Part shown: one piece after another, positions 21,511 through 31,781 of the stretch
Numbering within the stretch: the first letter of the stretch is position 1
Layout of the letters: each line of letters starts with the position of its first letter
Notes under the pieces: model-generated
Database searches by the model: none
Seen by the model: only the letters and a program-made list of their open reading frames with translations
What the model was told of the DNA's origin: nothing
Translations under genes and position numbers: made by a program
NCBI GenBank assembly: GCA_965116885.1
Contig: OZ220741.1
Span: 5,312,001 to 5,376,000 of the forward strand
DNA from: Candidatus Latescibacterota bacterium
GTDB taxonomy: Bacteria > Latescibacterota > UBA2968
DNA: 64,000 nucleotides
Reading direction: 5' to 3'

Positions 21511-22839
21511 ATGATTAAACGCCATAACATCTTTACCCTGCTCATCGGCCTGGCATTGTTGCTCGCCTTGCCCAACATCGCGCTTGCCGACGCACACGAG
21601 CCCAACTCAGGCGACACTGCCTGGATGCTTACCTCAACTGCACTGGTGCTATTTATGACCATACCCGGCCTCGCCCTCTTTTACGGCGGCCTCGTACGCA
21701 CCAAAAACGTTTTGTCTGTTCTCATGCAGTGTTTCGCCCTCACCGCCATCATGACCCTGGTCTGGGTTATCATTGGCTACAGTCTCGCCTTTAACACCGA
21801 TGGCATGGAAGCCGGTACGACCAACATAAACTCCTTTGTCGGTGGTTTAGGCACCATGTTCTTATCCGGTGTGACCGCCAGCAGCCTGTCTGGCACCATA
21901 CCCGAAACAGTTTTCATCACCTTCCAGATGACTTTTGCCATTATCACCCCGGCCCTCATCGTCGGTGCTTTTGCAGAGCGCATGAAATTCTCAGCCATGA
22001 TCCTGTTCTCGATCCTCTGGTCCATCGTAGTCTATGCACCTATCTGCCACATGGCCTGGAGCGGTGACGGTTCCTTCTTTGGCGACATGGGCGTACTCGA
22101 CTTTGCAGGTGGCACGGTTGTACACATCAACGCGGGCATTGCAGCCCTTGTGGCCTGTATTGTCATTGGCAAACGCCAGGGCTATCCCGACACACTTATG
22201 GCCCCTCACAGCCTTACAATCACCGTCATAGGCGCGTCCATGCTGTGGGTCGGCTGGTTCGGCTTTAATGCCGGGAGTGCCGTCGCTGCCGATGGAGCCG
22301 CAGGCATGGCCATGCTCGTCACGCAGGTAGCCACCGCATCTGCAACACTGGGCTGGATAGCTGCCGAATGGATCAAACACGGCAAACCCAGTATCCTGGG
22401 TGCAGTCACAGGTGCTGTCGCTGGCCTCGTCGCCATCACCCCTGCTTCGGGTAGCGTAGGACCGATGGGCGCAATAGTCGTTGGCCTCGCTTCTGGCGTC
22501 ATCTGCTTCTGGGCCGCCACCAGCCTCAAGCGCGCATTGGGTTATGACGACTCTCTCGATGCCTTTGGTGTTCACGGCATAGGCGGTATTGTAGGCGCGC
22601 TCCTTACAGGGATCTTTGCCGCTGAAAGCCTCGGAGGACAGGGCCTTAGTGCCGATTCTATCGGCGGACAATTCGTCGTACAGCTCGTCGGCGTCGTCTT
22701 CACCATTGTCTATTGCGGTGTCTTATCCTTCATCTTACTCAAAATCGTCGATGCCATCGTCGGTTTACGAGTCTCGCAAGACGAAGAAACCGAAGGACTC
22801 GATATTGCCCTCCACGACGAACGCGGCTACAATTATTAA
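21511..22839 (+). CDS. amtB: Ammonium transporter, copy 1
   Basis: FQMTFAIIT, DFAGGTVVHI, WVGWFGFNAGS, FGVHG, GLDIALHDE. Confidence 0.97.
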   Translation: MIKRHNIFTLLIGLALLLALPNIALADAHEPNSGDTAWMLTSTALVLFMTIPGLALFYGGLVRTKNVLSVLMQCFALTAIMTLVWVIIGYSLAFNTDGMEAGTTNINSFVGGLGTMFLSGVTASSLSGTIPETVFITFQMTFAIITPALIVGAFAERMKFSAMILFSILWSIVVYAPICHMAWSGDGSFFGDMGVLDFAGGTVVHINAGIAALVACIVIGKRQGYPDTLMAPHSLTITVIGASMLWVGWFGFNAGSAVAADGAAGMAMLVTQVATASATLGWIAAEWIKHGKPSILGAVTGAVAGLVAITPASGSVGPMGAIVVGLASGVICFWAATSLKRALGYDDSLDAFGVHGIGGIVGALLTGIFAAESLGGQGLSADSIGGQFVVQLVGVVFTIVYCGVLSFILLKIVDAIVGLRVSQDEETEGLDIALHDERGYNY

Positions 22840-22858
22840 AATTATCAGCCAAATAAAC

Positions 22859-22896
22859 CAAAAGAGCGGGCACGATGTGTCCGCTCTTTTTATTTT
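22859..22896 (+). terminator. Intrinsic terminator after amtB-1
   Basis: aaaagagcgggcac-gat-gtgtccgctctttt. Confidence 0.8.
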
Positions 22897-23022
22897 TCAA
22901 GCGCACATTGATGTGTGCTTTTTTTTTTCTTTGTAATTCAAAAATCGGGTTTTATAATACCCCTCCCTAAAAAGGATCGAAAAGCGATCCCGACCACACA
23001 CCTCATGAAGGAGGAGTACAGT

Positions 23023-23361
23023 ATGAAACTCATCACAGCAGTCATCCAGCCCCACAAGCTGGACGATGTGCGCGCAGCACTCGGCGACATCGGCATCCAG
23101 GGCATGACCGTCACCGAAGCGCGCGGCTTTGGACGCCAAAGAGGACACCGAGAAGTCTATCGCGGTGCCGAATACATCGTCGATTTTCTACCCAAAGCCA
23201 AGCTGGAAATCGCCATCGATGACGATATGGTTGGTCGCGCTATTGATGCGATAGAGCATGCAGCCAAAACAGGCAACGTAGGTGATGGGAAAATTTTTGT
23301 CACAGATCTGGGACAAGCTGTTCGCATTCGGACGGGTGAAACCGGACCCGACGCACTTTAG
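23023..23361 (+). CDS. glnK: PII nitrogen regulator GlnK, copy 2 (intact, 112 aa)
   Basis: [30 protein letters not shown]. Confidence 0.96.
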   Translation: MKLITAVIQPHKLDDVRAALGDIGIQGMTVTEARGFGRQRGHREVYRGAEYIVDFLPKAKLEIAIDDDMVGRAIDAIEHAAKTGNVGDGKIFVTDLGQAVRIRTGETGPDAL

Positions 23362-23397
23362 AAACACAAAATGAAAAACTTTGGAGGGAACACAAAT

Positions 23398-24723
23398 ATG
23401 AAACGCCACTCTTACATCTTAGCAAGCCTCATGCTCATCTTAGGACTCCCAGACCTCGCACTTGCCGATGCACACGAGCAACTCAACGGCAGTGACACAG
23501 CCTGGCTACTCACCTCAACTGCCCTGGTGCTATTTATGACCATCCCAGGTCTCGCCCTCTTTTACGGCGGCCTCGTACGCGCAAAAAATGTACTCTCCGT
23601 CCTCATGCAGTGTTTTGCACTCACCGCAATATTGAGCGTCGTCTGGGTCATCATCGGCTATAGTCTCGCCTTCAATACCAATGGCATGACAGCAGGTACC
23701 ACGAATCTCAACTCCTTTATTGGTGGTCTGGGCACCGCGTTCTTGTCCGGTGTGACAGCCGATAGTCTATCTGGCACGATTCCAGAAACGGTCTTCATCA
23801 CATTTCAAATGACCTTCTTTATCATTACACCTGCGCTCATTGTCGGGGCTTTTGCCGAACGCATGAAATTTTCAGCCGTACTCTTATTCTCCGTGCTCTG
23901 GGGCATTTTTGTTTACGCGCCTATCTGCCACATGACATGGGGTGGTGACGGTTCCTTCTTTGGCGACATGGGCGTACTCGACTTTGCAGGTGGACTCGTT
24001 GTACACATCAACGCGGGTGTTGCAGCACTCGTCGCGTGCATTGTCATTGGCAAACGCCAGGGATATCCCGACGCACAAATTTTGCCTCACAGCCTCAGCC
24101 TTACGGTCGTTGGCGCGTCCATGCTGTGGGTCGGTTGGTTCGGCTTTAATGCCGGAAGTGCTGTCGCAGCCGACGGAGCCGCAGGCATGGCCATGCTCGT
24201 CACGCAGATATCTGCTGCAGTCGCCACCTCCACCTGGATGTTTATCGAATGGATCAAAAACGGCAAACCCAGTATTTTAGGCGCTGTCACGGGCACCATT
24301 GCGGGATTGGGCGCCATCACCCCGGCTTCGGGTAGCGTAGGCCCCCTGGGTGCAATTGTCATCGGCCTTGCTGCCGGTGCTATTTGCTTTTGGGCATCCA
24401 CCACACTCAAACGCAAATTGGGCTACGACGACTCCCTCGACGTCTTCGGCGTCCACGGCGTGGGCGGCATTATTGGCACCCTGCTATGTGGTATTTTTGT
24501 CGTCAAAAGTTTGGGTGGTCAGGGATTGGCCGAAGGCATGACCATGGGCAGTCAATTTACCGCGCAACTGACAGCGGTTATTATCACCATCGTCTATTGC
24601 GGCGTGGTATCCTTCATCCTGCTCAAAATCGTTGACGCTGCCGTTGGCCTGCGCGTCTCGCAAGAAGAAGAAACCGGAGGACTCGATATTGCCCTCCACG
24701 ACGAACGCGGCTACAATTATTAA
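23398..24723 (+). CDS. amtB: Ammonium transporter, copy 2
   Basis: FQMTFFIIT, DFAGGLVVHI, WFGFNAGS, DVFGVHG. Confidence 0.97.
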   Translation: MKRHSYILASLMLILGLPDLALADAHEQLNGSDTAWLLTSTALVLFMTIPGLALFYGGLVRAKNVLSVLMQCFALTAILSVVWVIIGYSLAFNTNGMTAGTTNLNSFIGGLGTAFLSGVTADSLSGTIPETVFITFQMTFFIITPALIVGAFAERMKFSAVLLFSVLWGIFVYAPICHMTWGGDGSFFGDMGVLDFAGGLVVHINAGVAALVACIVIGKRQGYPDAQILPHSLSLTVVGASMLWVGWFGFNAGSAVAADGAAGMAMLVTQISAAVATSTWMFIEWIKNGKPSILGAVTGTIAGLGAITPASGSVGPLGAIVIGLAAGAICFWASTTLKRKLGYDDSLDVFGVHGVGGIIGTLLCGIFVVKSLGGQGLAEGMTMGSQFTAQLTAVIITIVYCGVVSFILLKIVDAAVGLRVSQEEETGGLDIALHDERGYNY

Positions 24724-24742
24724 CCTGCTTGACAAAGTGGAC

Positions 24743-24776
24743 AAAAAAAGCGGGTATTATGTACCCGCTTTTTTTG
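24743..24776 (+). terminator. Intrinsic terminator after amtB-2
   Basis: aaaaaaagcgggta-ttatg-tacccgcttttttt. Confidence 0.8.
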
Positions 24777-24851
24777 TTGTTGCAATTATTTTCCAGACAC
24801 CTTTATTTTCTCACCGACAACCGTCATAATCCACCACAGAAAGGAACAAAG

Positions 24852-25811
24852 ATGAAAATTGTTTTACACCCCCCTGTCGATGAAGACCTTTGCCAACAAG
24901 TGCGAGACACGGCCCCCAACGCCGAAGTTGTCATGGCAGATGACAAAAATGTCATTGAAGCTGTCGCAGATGCCGAAATTATATTTGGAAATTTTTCGTC
25001 TGAAATTGTCAGTGCAGCCCCCAATCTCAAATGGATTCAATCCACCAGTGCCGGCATGGACAAAGCACTGATCCCCGAAGTCGCCAACAGCGACATCACA
25101 ATATGCAATGCCAGCGGCGTCCATGCCGTTCAGGTCGCCGAACACGCCTGGGCACTCACCACTGCCCTCACGCGCGGGCTACACGTTTCTTTTCGCCATC
25201 AACTCGACCATGCCTGGACGCGTCCACCGCTCGCCGACTTATTAGAAGCCACCGTTCTCATCGTCGGATTTGGCGGCATTGGTCAATACTATGCACAACT
25301 CGCCCAGGGCTATGACGCGCGTCTGATTGCGCTGGATATCCAGGGCGGAGACAAACCCGATTACGTCGAAGCAATATGGGACATGGATCGCCTGGACGAA
25401 GGTCTGCAAATAGCCGATGTCGTATTTATCGCCGTACCGTACACACCCGAAACCGAAAAACTCATCAATGCCCGCACCCTGAGCCTGATGAAAAAAACCG
25501 CCTTTCTGGTCAACACCGCACGCGGTCCCATCGTCGATGAAGCCGCTCTGGCAGAGGGCCTCAAAAACGGAGAAATCGCCGGTGCTGGCCTGGACGTGTT
25601 TGAGAAAGAACCCCTGTCTCCCGACAGCCCGCTCTGGGACATGGAAAATGTCATCATCACCCCACACGCAGCCGGTGGATCACCCAATCGACACAACCGA
25701 ACCATTGGATTCTTCTGCCAAAATCTGAAACGCTATCAGGCGGGCGAGCCGCTCTTTAACGAAGTTGACAAATCCCTCGGATATCCAAAACGGGAACGAC
25801 GCGTCAAATGA
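24852..25811 (+). CDS. D-2-hydroxyacid dehydrogenase
   Basis: VAEH, GFGGIG, NTARG, LDVFEKEP, ITPHAAG. Confidence 0.92.
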   Translation: MKIVLHPPVDEDLCQQVRDTAPNAEVVMADDKNVIEAVADAEIIFGNFSSEIVSAAPNLKWIQSTSAGMDKALIPEVANSDITICNASGVHAVQVAEHAWALTTALTRGLHVSFRHQLDHAWTRPPLADLLEATVLIVGFGGIGQYYAQLAQGYDARLIALDIQGGDKPDYVEAIWDMDRLDEGLQIADVVFIAVPYTPETEKLINARTLSLMKKTAFLVNTARGPIVDEAALAEGLKNGEIAGAGLDVFEKEPLSPDSPLWDMENVIITPHAAGGSPNRHNRTIGFFCQNLKRYQAGEPLFNEVDKSLGYPKRERRVK

Positions 25812-27406
25812 AAAAACCCAATATCATCGTCATTCTCGTAGATGACATGGGCTATTCGGATCTCGGCTCTTATGGTGGCGAGATCCGGACGCCCAATCTG
25901 GATCGCCTATCGGCAAATGGCCTGCGATTCACGCAAAGTTACAACTCTGCCCGCTGTTGTCCTTCGCGGGCTTCGCTGCTCACGGGCCTGTATTCCCATC
26001 AGACTGGCATCGCCAATTTTACGGGAAGAGATCAAACCGCCGAACTGGGACCAGCCTATTTGGGTCGGTTAAACAACAACTGCGTAACACTGGCCGAAGT
26101 CCTCAAAACCGCAGGCTACAGCACCTATGGCGTTGGAAAATGGCACGTTGGCGATCAAGTTAAACCAACAGACCGGGGATTTGACGAATACTACGGATTC
26201 ATCAAAGGCCACAGCGCACCGCAATGGGATCCGTCTTATTATCATCGCTATCCCGAAACTCGAACACCCGAACTCTCTTTTGATGACGATGCATACTACG
26301 CAACAGAAGCATTCAACGATTACGCCGTAGAATTTATCGAACAGGCGCAACAAAAAGACAACCCCTATTTCCTCTACCTCGCCCACTCGGCTCCGCATTT
26401 TCCCTTACATGCCCCGGCAGAAACCCGCGATTCATATCTCGACATTTACCGTCGCGGTTGGGATGTCTTGCGCCGTGAACGCTACGCGCGCCAGAAAGAA
26501 TCCGGCCTGGCAACAGAAAACTGGCAATTTACACCGCGCTCACTTGTCCCCATTGAAGAAAATGATGCCATCGCAAATGGGTACAGCGGCAAACAGAATC
26601 CCGCATGGGAGGACCTCCCCCAGGATCGACAGGAAGATCTCACCTACCGCATGGCGGTCTTTGCGGCCATGATCGAGCATATCGATCGCGGTATAGGCAG
26701 AATCATTGATCGTCTGAAAGAAACAGGAGAACTGGACAACACACTCATTCTATTTACAAGTGACAACGGCGCGTGTTACGAATGGGGACCGTTTGGATTT
26801 GACGAACGCAGCAGATTGGGCGTCACCCATCTCCACACGGGCGAGGAACTCAAAAAAATCGGTGGACCGGACACCTATCACTCTGTGGGCAGCGCGTGGT
26901 CGTGCCTGAGCAACGCGCCGCTACGCATGTACAAACACTACAACCACGAAGGCGGAAATTGCAGCCCATTCATCGCCCATTGGCCCGAAGGGATTGCGCA
27001 ACCCGACCGCTGGGTTCGCACCCCCATGCACCTGTTTGACATCATGCCGACTATATGCGAAATTACCGGAGCCGAATATCCCGAAACGCACAATGGAGAA
27101 CGCATTCACCCGCAAGAAGGGACGAGCCTCGTACCCCTATTCAACGCACAGAACCTGCCCGAACGCAGCCTGTGTTTCGATCACTTTGAAGCCAGTGCCA
27201 TACGCAGGGGAAAATGGAAATTGCTGAAGGGCAACACCCGATACCCCAACAAAAATTGGGAACTCTACGACATGGAAAAAGACCGCTGTGAAACCAGCGA
27301 TCTATCAGCAGAACATCCCAAACTGGTAAAATCACTCGAACGAGAATGGATTGAATGGGCCGTGCGGGTTAAAGTACATCCCTACCATCAGGAGGTGGCA
27401 AAATGA
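25808..27406 (+). CDS. Arylsulfatase (formylglycine-type)
   Basis: PNIIVILVDDMGYSD, CCPSRASLLTG, GKWH, SDNG. Confidence 0.93.
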   Translation: MKKPNIIVILVDDMGYSDLGSYGGEIRTPNLDRLSANGLRFTQSYNSARCCPSRASLLTGLYSHQTGIANFTGRDQTAELGPAYLGRLNNNCVTLAEVLKTAGYSTYGVGKWHVGDQVKPTDRGFDEYYGFIKGHSAPQWDPSYYHRYPETRTPELSFDDDAYYATEAFNDYAVEFIEQAQQKDNPYFLYLAHSAPHFPLHAPAETRDSYLDIYRRGWDVLRRERYARQKESGLATENWQFTPRSLVPIEENDAIANGYSGKQNPAWEDLPQDRQEDLTYRMAVFAAMIEHIDRGIGRIIDRLKETGELDNTLILFTSDNGACYEWGPFGFDERSRLGVTHLHTGEELKKIGGPDTYHSVGSAWSCLSNAPLRMYKHYNHEGGNCSPFIAHWPEGIAQPDRWVRTPMHLFDIMPTICEITGAEYPETHNGERIHPQEGTSLVPLFNAQNLPERSLCFDHFEASAIRRGKWKLLKGNTRYPNKNWELYDMEKDRCETSDLSAEHPKLVKSLEREWIEWAVRVKVHPYHQEVAK

Positions 27407-28725
27407 GCATTACTCGATTCACCATGGAAGAAGTACGCTGTTTTGCCGAACGCCAGCAATTTGACATTCGTCCTCTGACTTTTTTGGTCGGAGAAAACAG
27501 TACTGGCAAGACAACAGCACTGGCGTGTTTTCAAGTATTGGCAAATTATTTGAAGAATGGAGAAGTTAATTTCGATGCAGATCCCTATTCAATGGGCATC
27601 TTTCGGGATATCGTCAGAAATAGCAGAAAAAAAGACAAATCTTTTAAGCTCGGATTTACTTTTGAAGGCGCTCCTGAAGATATCGAATATACTGTTGAAT
27701 TTGTTCAAAAGAAGGATGGACTTGAACCAGACGTTAAGTCCATAACAATAAAGTTCACTGACGGTGAACTCGTTTGCAATATTGAAAATGAAGCAACAAG
27801 GAGAAGCTTTCGTTTGACTTCCTTTGATCAAAAACGGAACCAATATCATATAAATTGTTCAGCAGATTTTTTGTATCGCTTTCCCTTCTCCTCTTTTCGT
27901 TTATATAGTTTTGCTCTTAGGGAAGAGCAATCCAAAGGTGAAAATGCATTGGCAAACTATTTAGAGCAAAAGGAAAAAAATGCTGGAGGGAGAAAATACC
28001 TAACGACGAAGGCCGATATATCTGTATTTAGCACATCACCGATTCGTTCACGCCCCAAACGGACCTATGATCCAACAAGGGAATTTAATGACCCCGAAGG
28101 AAGTGATGTGCCGATGCGATTGATGCGGACAGAAGCGACAAAAAAAGACAAATGGGAAACCTTGAAACAGCAATTGATTGAATTTGGTAGGGGGTCGGGA
28201 TTATTTCAGAACATCGAAATTCAAAACCTCGGTGGGTCTCTGGGATCTCCATTCCAACTTAAAGTCAAGGTGAGAGGTCCCAATTCCAATATCGTTGATG
28301 TCGGATACGGAGTCAGCCAAATTTTACCGATTCTGGTGCATATCTTGGATTCTGATATTTCTCGTTCGCGTTTCTATAGAAAAGTAGGAATGGATTTCTT
28401 CTTACTACAACAACCTGAAGTCCATCTGCATCCAAAGGCACAAGCCCAACTCTCTTCTTTACTATCTACATTAGCGAGCCAAGGCGGACAGTCTTTCATC
28501 GTCGAAACACATAGCGACTACATGATTGACCGCGCACGCATTGAAATTATGAAAGGCACTATCGAACCTGAAGATGTGTCTTTGATATATTTAGAACCCA
28601 AGGGACGCGTTGTCAATGTACATAATATCAGCTTTGACAATATGGGTAATATGACTGGTGTACCAGCGCATTACAGAGGATTTTTCTTAAAAGAAACTGA
28701 CCGGTTACTTGGTTTTGAGGATTAA
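27403..28725 (+). CDS. ABC-type ATPase (AAA_15/AAA_21 with DUF3696-like C-terminus), putative defence protein
   Basis: Walker A GENSTGKT, signature VGYGVSQILP, Walker B/D-loop LLQQPEVHLHP, H-loop VETHS. Confidence 0.85.
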   Translation: MSITRFTMEEVRCFAERQQFDIRPLTFLVGENSTGKTTALACFQVLANYLKNGEVNFDADPYSMGIFRDIVRNSRKKDKSFKLGFTFEGAPEDIEYTVEFVQKKDGLEPDVKSITIKFTDGELVCNIENEATRRSFRLTSFDQKRNQYHINCSADFLYRFPFSSFRLYSFALREEQSKGENALANYLEQKEKNAGGRKYLTTKADISVFSTSPIRSRPKRTYDPTREFNDPEGSDVPMRLMRTEATKKDKWETLKQQLIEFGRGSGLFQNIEIQNLGGSLGSPFQLKVKVRGPNSNIVDVGYGVSQILPILVHILDSDISRSRFYRKVGMDFFLLQQPEVHLHPKAQAQLSSLLSTLASQGGQSFIVETHSDYMIDRARIEIMKGTIEPEDVSLIYLEPKGRVVNVHNISFDNMGNMTGVPAHYRGFFLKETDRLLGFED

Positions 28726-28728
28726 ATT

Positions 28729-29217
28729 ATGTGTGCCATTCTCGATACTAATTGCTTTAATAAATTTAAGAATCCAGCCGATGAGGATATGAAGCCTGTG
28801 CGGAATTGGTTGAAAAACAAAAAGGGCAAAATAGCGTACTCCAATACCAACAAATTTGACAGGGAATGGGAGGATGGGGGAATGAAAGATCAAATGAAGG
28901 AACTAAGTCGAGCTGGTCAACTTAAACGGTTTTGCGCTAAAGAGGTAGAAAAAAAAGAGAATGAACTAGCGAATGAACAAAAAGAAGAAATAAAATCCGA
29001 TGATCTGCATATTATAGCATTAGCTATGATAGCAAATGTAAAAGTGTTAATTGTCCAAAACCTCTCTGACATCCCAAAGGAAGAAGAAAATAAAAAAAAG
29101 AGAGACTCAAGAGGCGCTGACCCAAAACTACAGGCAGATTTTAAGAATCTGGTTGGTGGCAAAGTGTACATGACAAAATCACATTCACATTTGCTAAAAA
29201 AAGATACCTGTCCTTAA
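28729..29217 (+). CDS. PIN-domain-like protein (putative RNase effector)
   Basis: AILDTN, SDDLHIIALA, DPKLQADF acidic PIN pattern. Confidence 0.7.
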   Translation: MCAILDTNCFNKFKNPADEDMKPVRNWLKNKKGKIAYSNTNKFDREWEDGGMKDQMKELSRAGQLKRFCAKEVEKKENELANEQKEEIKSDDLHIIALAMIANVKVLIVQNLSDIPKEEENKKKRDSRGADPKLQADFKNLVGGKVYMTKSHSHLLKKDTCP

Positions 29218-29255
29218 CTGAACATTCTAATTCCGGGCGTTATTTTTTCGTATTC

Positions 29256-29285
29256 TTGACCAAACGGCAAAGAAATACCTATGAT
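29256..29285 (+). promoter_or_regulatory. Putative promoter for the endonuclease gene pair
   Basis: TTGACC-18 nt-TATGAT. Confidence 0.5.
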
Positions 29286-29309
29286 AGTGCAAATTCAAGA
29301 GTTCTACTT

Positions 29310-30305
29310 ATGTCACAACAAATCAACATTTTCGGAGATAATATGCAGGATTTGGAGAGTATTCTGCTCAATGCGATTAGCCGAGAAGGAGGCAAGACTG
29401 TCAACAGAGAAATCATTTGGTTTCCCAAGCCGTCAACCGATTTAAAGGATATGAGGGATAAGTTAAAGATCGCTATGATTCAGCAGCAAGCTCTCGGATT
29501 TTTTCGGGAAAATGACGTTGCAAACAAACTGGTCAACGCCGGTGCCCTGACCAGAGGTGTCTTATCTCCTCAAGATATTATTGACCAATACCAAGGGGAA
29601 ACAACGGCAAATCGGCCACAGATTAGTAGCTTCAGGATGCAAAACAGGATATTTCGTTTCTTTGGATGGACTGAGCGAGTAGTAGATCAAGCCAACGCAT
29701 ACCGAGTAACTCAACTCGGAGAGCAGATATCGAAATTCACTGGAGATTTTCCCGGTCAGATAGGTAATCTCAATGAGCGTAATCTCGTAATCGAATCATT
29801 GATGAACTTCTCATTTTTTTCAGTAAATGATGAACTCAGATACTGGGATGGACGGTTCAGACAACGACTTTTCCTCAATATAATTCGTATGGCTTCAATC
29901 TACGGCTACATTACCAACAATGAACTGGTCGTTACAGCATTTGCTTTGAAAGATGATCGGGACCAAACACAGATTGACGAAATAGTTGACAGGCTCTACC
30001 GTCTCCATAACGAAGAAGTCACAATGCCTGAAGCCTATGCAGAAGTTAGCATTGACCCATATAATAGATCCGCTGTAAAAAGCGCCTATGATAGCCCAAA
30101 GGTCGCCCTCTCTCTTTGCAGACAAGCCGGACTTCTCGAAGCCAAAAACATTACTAATAATAATCTCTCCAAATTCTACAAACAAATGCATCAACCACGC
30201 ACCCAACTTTCCACACCCCGAGTCGCCAATTGCATCACGCCATTGGGAAAGAAAGTTTTAGACAGTGAGATAACCAAAATTAGCGTTTGGTTTGATGAGT
30301 TATGA
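29310..30305 (+). CDS. Hypothetical protein, putative DNA-recognition subunit of a Type IIS-like restriction enzyme
   Basis: Two winged-helix-like ends (YRVTQLG, ITPLGK); ATGA-coupled to a nuclease gene; next to two MTases; start could be 29343. Confidence 0.5.
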   Translation: MSQQINIFGDNMQDLESILLNAISREGGKTVNREIIWFPKPSTDLKDMRDKLKIAMIQQQALGFFRENDVANKLVNAGALTRGVLSPQDIIDQYQGETTANRPQISSFRMQNRIFRFFGWTERVVDQANAYRVTQLGEQISKFTGDFPGQIGNLNERNLVIESLMNFSFFSVNDELRYWDGRFRQRLFLNIIRMASIYGYITNNELVVTAFALKDDRDQTQIDEIVDRLYRLHNEEVTMPEAYAEVSIDPYNRSAVKSAYDSPKVALSLCRQAGLLEAKNITNNNLSKFYKQMHQPRTQLSTPRVANCITPLGKKVLDSEITKISVWFDEL

Positions 30306-31771
30306 TAAAAGAAAAAATACGCCGATGTGCATTGCTTCTTGCACTACAAGAAACAAATGAGGAAGGAATAGACTCCACCATTCTCGAAAAAGTTTTACCC
30401 GAATGGAGAGAGGACATAATAGCATTACAGAATGCTGAAATCTCCATCAACGTTGAGAATGGTATAGTATCTCTCGGCACACCTGTTGCTTTCACCCTTC
30501 ACCATTCTGTTCCTCCAGAAATCAGAAATCCTGTAAGGGACCTTCTTTATCGTATTATCGATGAGAAAGACGTTGTAAATCCAAATGAAATCAATGAATT
30601 TTTCTATCGCATCAATCCGCACTATTTGAACACCCTTCTTACATCTGACCAAAAAATAAAAAGCGAACCTCTGTACAAGACATCTGATTCATCAGCGCAA
30701 CCTACTCTGAAATGTATCCACTGCGCCGATGCTCCTTGCTATACATATGCAGAAGCAGATACATTCGGTTCAAGTGATAAATCCCCAACGCAAGTCTGTC
30801 CGGATAATCTGGTGAATAAGAAGACTGACGGTCACATATCCATTCAAGTAGAACGATGCACTGGTTGTATGCTCTGTATATTGCGCTGCCCCCTTAATGC
30901 TATCTCTTGGAAGAATGGTGTCGCCTCTAAACACGAGTATGAAGTAGATGAACCTGTTGAAAAACTCTACATTTTGCCTGAAACAAAGGCATCCCTTACA
31001 ATGGAGACATTTCAAATAATTCAGGAATTCGACCTGCCTCTTGCTTACTATGACGATATGAAGAATATACTGGACAATTTTGACAAAAAAGTTGGTCGTG
31101 TAAAATTCAATTGGAATAAAGATCAATACTATCCATTTATCCGGAATTGTTTTCGATTACTGGGACTCAATGCATTATATACAGGTTCTGGCGGGAAATT
31201 AAAACGCTCCGACATCACTATTGATGACCTATTTATGGTTGGTATTGAGGTGAAAAGTCCAGCAGAAGGCCGCATTTCTAAGGAAGCCGTGCGGCAAGCA
31301 TTTGATGCAAGTATTGAGGTGGTAAAGGACAACAAAGATGTCTATTGTGCTGCCATAGGACAAGAATTTACAAGAGGTGTACAAAAACACGCTGAGAGCT
31401 ACTACAAAAGGCACAGGATTTCAATTCCTTTAATCCCAGGTCGCTTTATTCTTTACCTTACTTTGAAACACCAGGATTTTCCGCAGAGTAAACAATACGA
31501 CCTTACCCGTCTTTTCTCACTTGTGGGTGAAGTCTGGACAGACAAGATTCAACAGTATTTTATCGAATACTTCGACATAAGAATAGCGGTACTAAAAAAA
31601 GGAGTGCCGCCTGATGAATTGATAGAAAATTGCCCTTACCAAATCAGGGAATTACTGATAGAAGGGAACTATGAGAGTGCAACGGTGCTATTAGAAGAGC
31701 AAAAAAGGGAAATTTTAGAAGAGATAGGGAGATGTTTTCCACCACCACGCCGCACTGCAAGAGGGCGTTAA
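30302..31771 (+). CDS. 4Fe-4S dicluster (ferredoxin-type) domain fused to a PD-(D/E)xK endonuclease
   Basis: CIHCADAPC...VCP and CTGCMLCILRCP, then RSDITI-x6-GIEVKS...AVRQA. Confidence 0.75.
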   Translation: MIKEKIRRCALLLALQETNEEGIDSTILEKVLPEWREDIIALQNAEISINVENGIVSLGTPVAFTLHHSVPPEIRNPVRDLLYRIIDEKDVVNPNEINEFFYRINPHYLNTLLTSDQKIKSEPLYKTSDSSAQPTLKCIHCADAPCYTYAEADTFGSSDKSPTQVCPDNLVNKKTDGHISIQVERCTGCMLCILRCPLNAISWKNGVASKHEYEVDEPVEKLYILPETKASLTMETFQIIQEFDLPLAYYDDMKNILDNFDKKVGRVKFNWNKDQYYPFIRNCFRLLGLNALYTGSGGKLKRSDITIDDLFMVGIEVKSPAEGRISKEAVRQAFDASIEVVKDNKDVYCAAIGQEFTRGVQKHAESYYKRHRISIPLIPGRFILYLTLKHQDFPQSKQYDLTRLFSLVGEVWTDKIQQYFIEYFDIRIAVLKKGVPPDELIENCPYQIRELLIEGNYESATVLLEEQKREILEEIGRCFPPPRRTARGR

Positions 31772-31781
31772 AGAGTTCTGT

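Noticed and set aside
30302..31771. Respiratory electron-transfer subunit
   Set aside because: Only a small part is ferredoxin-like; the rest has nuclease motifs and no oxidoreductase partners are nearby
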